The notes beneath the pieces were generated by a model. That model was not told where the DNA came from and ran no database searches. It worked only from the letters and a program-made list of their open reading frames with translations. From an uncultured Rubripirellula sp. (GTDB lineage: Bacteria; Planctomycetota; Planctomycetia; Pirellulales; Pirellulaceae), in contig CALKGR010000001.1 in assembly GCA_938085445.1 (NCBI GenBank), positions 1 to 64,000 of the forward strand: a stretch of 64,000 nucleotides of DNA, read 5' to 3'. Below, piece after piece: positions 57,547 to 64,000 of the stretch. The position numbers and the translations under genes are program-made. Each line of letters begins with the position of its first letter. The stretch's first letter is position 1.

Positions 57547-58278
57547 TTAGTCGAACTGGATAACTTGCTGCCTCCCCGCAGCAGCATCAAAGGGCGAGAC
57601 ACACTTCTCCCCCTCGTTAAGAGGACTATTTACGTGTCGTGAAACGGCCATCAATTTCAGAAGATACTGCCCTGCAGGCCGCAGTAGCATTTTCAATTTG
57701 GAGACATCCTTGCACTGAGGGTTAAGCCACCTAGGACAATCACTTTCACTTAAAAAGGCGGGCATGCGCTGATGAACGTGAGCAGTCGTGGAATTGGCAG
57801 GCGTTGTAATGATGGTGCAAGAACGGAGCGCTTCCTCACCACCCAACTGCTGATTTTCTTCCCACAAGCCCGCCATGAACTTCACTTGCCGATCGACGGG
57901 CTCGATCAGGTAGGGTTGCTTACTTTGTCCGCCACCTGCGTTGGTCCATTCGTAATATCCATCCATTGGGATCACGCACCGTCGACTCGCTAATGCATGC
58001 ATGAAGCTTGGCTTGGAGTCCAATGTCTCGCTGCGAGCATTGATCATTCTTGCACCGATGGCAACGTCTTTCGCCCAAGAGGGTATCAAACCCCACCGGT
58101 AATTAGCTGCCTTTAAATGGTCCCTATGCGAATCATGATGGACACATAAAACATTTTGTGTTGGTGCGATGTTGAATCGAGCCGGTCCCACTGCAAATTC
58201 ATTGCCCCGCTCCATATTTTCGAAGAAAAGCTGCCCCAAATCAATTACAGGGGCTCGCAGCGTAAACCGTCCACACAA
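57547..58278 (-). CDS. SOS response-associated peptidase (SRAP/YedK, abasic-site protection)
   Basis: MCGRF (Cys2), FNIAPTQ, WGLIP, INARSET, RRC...GYYEW, HQRMP; TTG start with GGAGG RBS. Confidence 0.95.
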   Translation of the reverse strand: MCGRFTLRAPVIDLGQLFFENMERGNEFAVGPARFNIAPTQNVLCVHHDSHRDHLKAANYRWGLIPSWAKDVAIGARMINARSETLDSKPSFMHALASRRCVIPMDGYYEWTNAGGGQSKQPYLIEPVDRQVKFMAGLWEENQQLGGEEALRSCTIITTPANSTTAHVHQRMPAFLSESDCPRWLNPQCKDVSKLKMLLRPAGQYLLKLMAVSRHVNSPLNEGEKCVSPFDAAAGRQQVIQFD

Positions 58279-58746
58279 AATAAAAACCTCCGAAATCTGA
58301 CCACTTCAGACTGTCGCAATTTGCGTCACGCCGATGTGGCAGAATCATACACCCTTGCCAACCTAATTCCCAAATCCCGGCTTTCTGTGGCAAAGATATC
58401 AGTAACGAACATTGCTTCTGCTGCCACTAGGCAGGAGTCTGACGTCAAAGTACCGAAATGCCTGAAAGATGAGCGAAAGATCGCCGAAAACAACGTAAAT
58501 AGCGGAGCGGCACCGCCTCCAGTGCCGCCCCGCAGAAAGGTAATCAAGGCCTCCATGGGGAACAGAGGTCAAGTTCACCTAGTGTTCCTCGATGCAAAGC
58601 GAGTGCCAGTTACATTGATTTTGATGATCTTTGCCCGCCAAAGCATCCCCAATCGAACTCTATTTCCATGTGGTGGTACGAAGCTCGTAGCACAGTGGTT
58701 AAGCTTGCATCCTTGGTTTTGCCCTTTGTCATGAAATGATTGAGCA

Positions 58747-60366
58747 TTGAATTTCCCACTTCTCCTTCGCTTGTTGGGCACGATTTGCCTGTTGATTGGT
58801 GGGTCGATGCTCGCGAGTCTGCCATTCGCTGTCCCCCTCTTTGCGAATCGAACGGACTTGGAGTCTGCTACGTCATTTGAGACGCGAGGCGCGATCGCAC
58901 TGATCGAGAGTTTCCTTATCTGCATGGTGACCGGAAGTGTGCTGCGCTGGATCGGAAGGCGACACCACGGTGGGCCGTTCTATCAAAAAGAGGCCATGGC
59001 GATTGTGGGACTCAGTTGGGTGATGGCCACTGTCCTGGGTGCCCTTCCCTATTATCTCAGTGGGACATGCACAAGTGTCGATCAACCCATCACGTTTATC
59101 GAAGCGATGTTTGAATCGCAGTCGGGTTTCAGCACCACAGGTGCAACAGTATTGACGGATGTGGAGTCAACGGCACTGGTTCCCAATTGCATTTTGTTTT
59201 GGCGTTCATGGACGCACTTCCTGGGTGGGTTGGGGATCGTCGTTTTGTTCGTTGCGATCCTCGGACAGGGCTCAGCTGGGAAGGCAATGATGCGCGCTGA
59301 AATGCCCGGCCCAACCAAGGACGGCAGCCTTCCACGCATGCAAAACACCGCGTTGGTGTTTGCCTCCATCTACGCCACCTTCAACATTTTGCTGACGCTC
59401 ATTTACAAGCTTGAGGGCATGACAATGTTCGATGCCCTGTGCCACGCGTTTGGAACAATGGCCACGGGAGGATTTAGCACTTACAACTCAAGCCTTGGAC
59501 AATTCAATAGTCCTCTGATTGAGTACACCACGATCATATTCATGATTCTGGCGGGAACGAATTTCACCTTGCTTTATCTCGTCCTTCTCCGACGCGCAGG
59601 CAAAATCTTTCAAGATGTCGAATTCAGGACCTATTTGGGAATCATTCTAGTTGTAACCTCGGCTGTTATTTTCTTCGGCATGCGAGCTCGTGACAGTGGC
59701 TTTGACTCCTTTGGTAACTCAGCACGTTACGGCCTATTCCAAGTGGTTTCGATACTCACGACAACCGGATACGGAACCGCTGATTTCAATGGTTGGAACA
59801 ACTTTGGTCGAGGTATTCTGCTGCTGCTCATGTTTGTCGGCGGATGCGCTGGCAGCACAGGTGGTGGAATGAAGGTGATTCGGCATATTCTGTTTTATAA
59901 AATCCTGCGATTGGAAATAGAAAAGGCTCACCGCCCCAGAGTTGTGCGTTTGATCCGAATCAGTGGATCATCGATCGATGACCCAGCATTGCCCCACAGT
60001 ATTGTCGTCTACTTTGCAATGATATTGGCGATCTTCGTCTTCTCATGGCTACTACTGATAACGTTCGAACCCAACGAAACATGGTCAGCAAGAGATTCGG
60101 TTCCAGTTGCCAATTCAGAGCTGGCCGAAACTGCAACGGAAACACAGCTGTTGAAGGAAAATGAAGAGCTGCTGGATGCCGCCAGTGCTGTCGCAGCCAC
60201 CCTGAATAACATTGGCCCAGGCCTAGGTGTCGTTGGCCCAACCAATAATTACGCTCATTTCAGCCAAGGTGCAAAACTGCTGTTTGTGTGGCTGATGATG
60301 CTTGGCAGAGTGGAGATATTCAGCGTTTTGGTGTTATTTTTCCCCACCTTTTGGCGCCGCGTCTAA
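58747..60366 (+). CDS. trkH: TrkH family potassium uptake membrane protein
   Basis: Four pore motifs [43 protein letters not shown]. Confidence 0.95.
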   Translation: MNFPLLLRLLGTICLLIGGSMLASLPFAVPLFANRTDLESATSFETRGAIALIESFLICMVTGSVLRWIGRRHHGGPFYQKEAMAIVGLSWVMATVLGALPYYLSGTCTSVDQPITFIEAMFESQSGFSTTGATVLTDVESTALVPNCILFWRSWTHFLGGLGIVVLFVAILGQGSAGKAMMRAEMPGPTKDGSLPRMQNTALVFASIYATFNILLTLIYKLEGMTMFDALCHAFGTMATGGFSTYNSSLGQFNSPLIEYTTIIFMILAGTNFTLLYLVLLRRAGKIFQDVEFRTYLGIILVVTSAVIFFGMRARDSGFDSFGNSARYGLFQVVSILTTTGYGTADFNGWNNFGRGILLLLMFVGGCAGSTGGGMKVIRHILFYKILRLEIEKAHRPRVVRLIRISGSSIDDPALPHSIVVYFAMILAIFVFSWLLLITFEPNETWSARDSVPVANSELAETATETQLLKENEELLDAASAVAATLNNIGPGLGVVGPTNNYAHFSQGAKLLFVWLMMLGRVEIFSVLVLFFPTFWRRV

Positions 60367-60597
60367 TGAGGCGTCGAGCCTAGACGAATAGCGTCGGAAA
60401 CGGGACGGTGTAGAATCTGACCAACAAACTGCGGAATTGTCACTTCCGTACGATGCTCGGTGGCTATTTTGGTTAGAACTCACTCGTGGCCGGCTTTCAC
60501 TTGATTTACCTTTAATGCCCACTAACTTACCTGCGTGAACCAACTGCAGATACTTCCTGCCTTGGATCATCAGCAATCGAATCCAGGCACGATACAA

Positions 60598-62097
60598 ATG
60601 CGTCATCCTGCATTAATCTTCATCGCCCTTCTCTTTTCTATCTTGAGCACACCTGCACTCTCGCAAGTGATCAACCGCGGTAAACCAGCTCGAACCGGCA
60701 TCGTGATTCCGCTCCAGGAGGACATCAACCCTCTCAGCGGAGAATTGCTGAAGCAAAAATTTCAGCAGGCAATTGATGCCGGTGCTGATGTGATTGTGCT
60801 CGACATCAACAGCCCGGGTGGCTTCACGTATGTGACATTCGAATTGATGGACATGGTGCTGGATGCCAAGCAGGTTGAAACTGTTGCCTTTATTGAAAAA
60901 GACGCCATCAGTGGTGCCGCTCTTCTCTCCCTCGCCTGTGATCGAATCATCATGCTACCAACTGCACGAATCGGTGATGCTGGCGAGATCGTTATGGGGG
61001 AAGATGGAAGATTTCGTTACACGGAAGCAAAGAGCCGAAGTGTACTAGCACAAAAAGTACGTGACACTGCAGAAGCAAGAGGGAGACCAATCGCGTTAGC
61101 CGAAAAAATGGTTGACAAGGATCTCGTTGTTTTCGCTGCAACCAACAAGAAAACGGGTGAAAAAAAATACATCTCGAACAAAGAATGGGACTCATTCGAC
61201 GATCAAGAAGCATGGGAAAAAGGCGTTCCAGTGCGGGAAGCCGGGAAGGAAATGTTTTTTACGGTCAACGGCAAGCGTGCGGTCGAACTAGGATTCGCTG
61301 ACGAAGTGATTGGAAATCGTGACGAGCTTGCCGCGGCACTCAATGTTCGTGAACCAATGCAGGAAATCAAACGCACGTGGAGTGACACCTTTGTATTCTT
61401 GTTGAATACCGGATTTGCTACTTTTGTGCTCATCGCAATTGGACTCATCGCATTGGTGATTGAATTGAGCGCACCAGGTATCGGTGTGGGCGGCCTGACT
61501 TCCCTGCTTTGCTTCAGTCTTTTTTTCTGGAGTCGTTTTTTGGGTGGAACATCAGGATGGCTGGAAGTTCTGCTGTTCACTATGGGACTCATCTTCATCG
61601 CCATGGAGTTCTTTGTGATCCCTGGATTCGGCTTTGCAGGAATTGGTGGCATTCTGCTGGTACTTGTTTCACTCGTCATGGCTTCATCGCGGGGTTTTTT
61701 CCCAGAGACAAACGAAGAATTCAATGGCCTAGGCACTGATGTGCTCACAGTCATGAGCGCCTTTGCGTGCTTTCTTGTCTCGCTGTTTTTCCTCGCCCGC
61801 TACATCGGTGAAATTCCCGGTTTAAGTCGCCTCACGCTAAAACCGGGGGTCGCTGCCCCAGCCGGAGCCGGCAACTCTCTGTTGTCTGGGAATCAAGCGG
61901 AACAGCTACCTGCGTGGCAGCTAGTCAATGTCGGAGATGTTGGAATAACAGCATCGCCACTACGCCCCAGTGGGAAAATTCAGATTAGAGATATGATGGT
62001 CGATGTGGTCACCGAGGGTGATTTCATTGATACCGACTGCGAGGTGTGCGTGGTCAATACGCAGGGGGCAAAAGTAACCGTCCGCAAACTGTCCTGA
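60598..62097 (+). CDS. nfeD: Long-form NfeD membrane-bound serine protease (ClpP class)
   Basis: LDINSPGG, AISGAALL, IGDA, TM domain (ELSAPG, EFFVIPGFG), C-terminal OB domain (SPLRPSG, DVVTEG). Confidence 0.9.
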   Translation: MRHPALIFIALLFSILSTPALSQVINRGKPARTGIVIPLQEDINPLSGELLKQKFQQAIDAGADVIVLDINSPGGFTYVTFELMDMVLDAKQVETVAFIEKDAISGAALLSLACDRIIMLPTARIGDAGEIVMGEDGRFRYTEAKSRSVLAQKVRDTAEARGRPIALAEKMVDKDLVVFAATNKKTGEKKYISNKEWDSFDDQEAWEKGVPVREAGKEMFFTVNGKRAVELGFADEVIGNRDELAAALNVREPMQEIKRTWSDTFVFLLNTGFATFVLIAIGLIALVIELSAPGIGVGGLTSLLCFSLFFWSRFLGGTSGWLEVLLFTMGLIFIAMEFFVIPGFGFAGIGGILLVLVSLVMASSRGFFPETNEEFNGLGTDVLTVMSAFACFLVSLFFLARYIGEIPGLSRLTLKPGVAAPAGAGNSLLSGNQAEQLPAWQLVNVGDVGITASPLRPSGKIQIRDMMVDVVTEGDFIDTDCEVCVVNTQGAKVTVRKLS

Positions 62098-62139
62098 TTT
62101 CAACCTTGCAACACAACAAGCATCGTTCACCCGCAATCT

Positions 62140-62616
62140 TCAAGTGCAGCGTGCTCCACTTCGCCCGCTGACAGATGCCTTCTGGTTTTGTTCATCGATT
62201 TGGTCGTTCAAGGTGCACACGTCATAGACGATTCCGAAACCAAATAGCCCTGCTGTTAACAGATAGAGCAGGCCCATACCAATCTTTCCCAGATAAAAAC
62301 GATGAACGCCAAATATCCCGAACAACACTAACAACACCCATGCAAGGCTGTAATCGAACCGGCCATTTTCGTATTCGCCATCTGCCTGATCAGCCATGCC
62401 AGCGACTAGAAATAAGTCAACAATCCAGCCCACCAGAAATAGACCACCGGTAAAAAACCAGATCATGCCTGTCAACGGTTTCCCAAAATAGAAACGGTGC
62501 AGTCCACTGAAGCCGACGAGCCAGAAAAGATAGCCAATCAAACGCGGATGACTTGATACGACCGCTCGCTGAACTGCCTCGGCATGTTCCATGGGTGAAT
62601 TGGATTTTGGTTTCAT
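62140..62616 (-). CDS. TM2/NINE domain protein (two TM2 repeats)
   Basis: GFSGLHRFYFGK...TGG..VGWIVD and GIFGVHRFYLGK...TAG..GIVYD. Confidence 0.88.
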   Translation of the reverse strand: MKPKSNSPMEHAEAVQRAVVSSHPRLIGYLFWLVGFSGLHRFYFGKPLTGMIWFFTGGLFLVGWIVDLFLVAGMADQADGEYENGRFDYSLAWVLLVLFGIFGVHRFYLGKIGMGLLYLLTAGLFGFGIVYDVCTLNDQIDEQNQKASVSGRSGARCT

Positions 62617-62743
62617 AGTCAGCCTGCAGTCGACGCGATCATGCCGGAAAAGTGGGAAAAACAACTCGCTAAACAGCCCCGACAGCATGACCAATCCTCG
62701 GGCAGAAAATTAGCCTTCTGAGCAATTGGCAAAAAAACCCTGA

Positions 62744-62789
62744 TTGCGAACGACACCTCCAGTCGATAAGGTGTACACAATTACACCTT
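62744..62789 (+). promoter_or_regulatory. Candidate sigma-70 promoter of dnaE2 with overlapping palindromic operator
   Basis: TTGCGA-N17-TAAGGT (62744-62772), overlapped by AAGGTGTA-N6-TACACCTT (62768-62789). Confidence 0.55.
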
Positions 62790-62824
62790 TCCCGAGTTTC
62801 GCGCAGCCCTAGCACCAACCGCTT

Positions 62825-64000
62825 ATGCAGTACGTCGAATTGCATTGCAAAAGCAACTTCTCGTTTCTCACAGGTGCATCCCATCCAGATGAACTGGTTG
62901 AACGGGCATCAGAACTTGGCTACCAAGGCCTCGCCTTGACTGACGAATCATCCGTGGCTGGAGTGGTTCGTGGTCACGCAGCTGCAAAGGACTTGGACAT
63001 GCAGTACATCGTTGGAGCAGAGGTACAGCTGACCGATGCTCCATCCATGGTGTTATGGCCAACGAACCGCGCTGCCTATGGCCAATTGTGTCGCCTCATC
63101 TCCAGAGGGCGAATGCGAGCTGAGAAAGGAATCTGCCAACTTAGCTGGCAGGATGTGGTCGAATTCAGCAGCGGTTTACTGGCAGGATTGCTACCACATG
63201 AAGCAGTGAATCAGCTGGAGCCTACGACATCCACACCCCTAAGTCGGTTTCTCAGAACCGAGTTCCGCGAAGTATTCAATGACAGTGGTTATCTGTTGTG
63301 TGAAGTCCATCGTGGCGTAGACGACCAGATGCATGTACAGCGTCTGCGAGAACTTTCGATTGGCAACGACGTGCCGCTTGTCGTTGCTGGAGACGTTCAC
63401 TATCACACAGCCGATCGCATGTTGATGCATGATTGCCTGTCTGCAATCCAGAATGGAACAAATATCGAACAGGCTCAGAGAAAACGCTTCCGTAACAGTC
63501 AACGTCATCTCCGATCATTGACAGACATTGCGGACCTGTATCGAGATATTCCTGAAGCAATAGAGAGAACGCTGGAGATCGCGGAGCGTTGTAAATTCAA
63601 ACTATCCGAACTGCGTTATGAATACCCAGAGGAAATTGCTCCGCCGGGCATGTCACTGCTCGAACATCTGAAACGTCTGACATGGGAAGGCGCAAAAGCA
63701 AGATGGCCTGAAGGTGTTCCTGAAAAAGTAATTGATTTACTTCGACACGAAATGCAAATCATTCAGGAACTTGGTTATGAGGCATATTTCCTGACAGTCT
63801 GGGACATGGTCCGTTTTGCTCGCCAACGCAACATCCTATGTCAGGGACGCGGTTCTGCTGCGAATTCTACCGTCTGTTATTGTCTGGGTATTACGAATGT
63901 GGATCCCAGTCAATCAGACCTGCTTTTCGAGCGTTTCGTAAGCCGAGAGCGTGACGAGGCCCCAGATATCGATGTTGACTTTGAACACCAACGACGTGAA
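62825..64000 (+). CDS. dnaE2: Error-prone DNA polymerase (DnaE2/ImuC), 3' truncated; absent from the ORF track
   Basis: Own translation of both ends, which are in the same frame: MQYVELHCKSNFSFLTGASHPDELV...LALTDE...GVVRGH and LCQGRGSAANSTVCYCLGIT...FERF..RERDEAPDIDVDFEHQRRE. The SNFSFL-GAS and CQGRGSAANS variants are DnaE2-type. Confidence 0.93.
   Translation, partial: MQYVELHCKSNFSFLTGASHPDELVERASELGYQGLALTDESSVAGVVRGHAAAKDLDMQYIVGAEVQLTDAPSMVLWPTNRAAYGQLCRLISRGRMRAEKGICQLSWQDVVEFSSGLLAGLLPHEAVNQLEPTTSTPLSRFLRTEFREVFNDSGYLLCEVHRGVDDQMHVQRLRELSIGNDVPLVVAGDVHYHTADRMLMHDCLSAIQNGTNIEQAQRKRFRNSQRHLRSLTDIADLYRDIPEAIERTLEIAERCKFKLSELRYEYPEEIAPPGMSLLEHLKRLTWEGAKARWPEGVPEKVIDLLRHEMQIIQELGYEAYFLTVWDMVRFARQRNILCQGRGSAANSTVCYCLGITNVDPSQSDLLFERFVSRERDEAPDIDVDFEHQRRE

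Noticed and set aside
58156..58734. 192-aa plus-strand ORF between SRAP and trkH
   Set aside because: Overlaps the SRAP start antisense, has no recognisable motifs and atypical composition.
62868..63560. Short minus-strand ORFs at the window end
   Set aside because: Shadows of dnaE2, which the ORF track omitted because its stop codon is outside the window.

Overview
Gene-dense chromosomal window that looks like a Planctomycetota (Pirellulaceae-like) genome, judged from a DUF1501 gene, zinc-ribbon ExbD, prenyltransferase-repeat proteins and planctomycete-style hypotheticals. It holds about 48 CDS plus one tRNA-Phe(GAA). I saw no CRISPR array, rRNA, transposase or integrase. Housekeeping genes include glnD/glnB, nadD, priA, pdxH, dusB, sucA, purQ, comM-like, tex and trkH, plus a dnaE2 truncated by the window end that is missing from the ORF track. 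The best candidate for an uncharacterised system is a 13.4-kb co-oriented cluster (13500-26858, minus strand). It encodes an exported alpha/alpha-barrel+HEAT protein, a single-TM Pro/acidic-linker protein, ExbB, two ExbDs (one zinc-ribbon-fused), a 1119-aa membrane-anchored PQQ-propeller protein, an orphan family-5 solute-binding protein and an exported hypothetical. Together these resemble a proton-motor envelope machine with no recognisable TonB/TolA, TonB-dependent receptor or ABC permease. Other notable items: an intergenic stretch (299-673) made almost entirely of consecutive hairpins; a 22-bp palindrome with perfect 8-bp arms overlapping the predicted -10 of dnaE2 (candidate SOS operator); a coupled small ATPase + double arrestin-fold membrane protein pair; a stand-alone FtsH-type protease domain; and a lone EboF-like gene. 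All product calls come from motif recognition by eye; no database searches were run.
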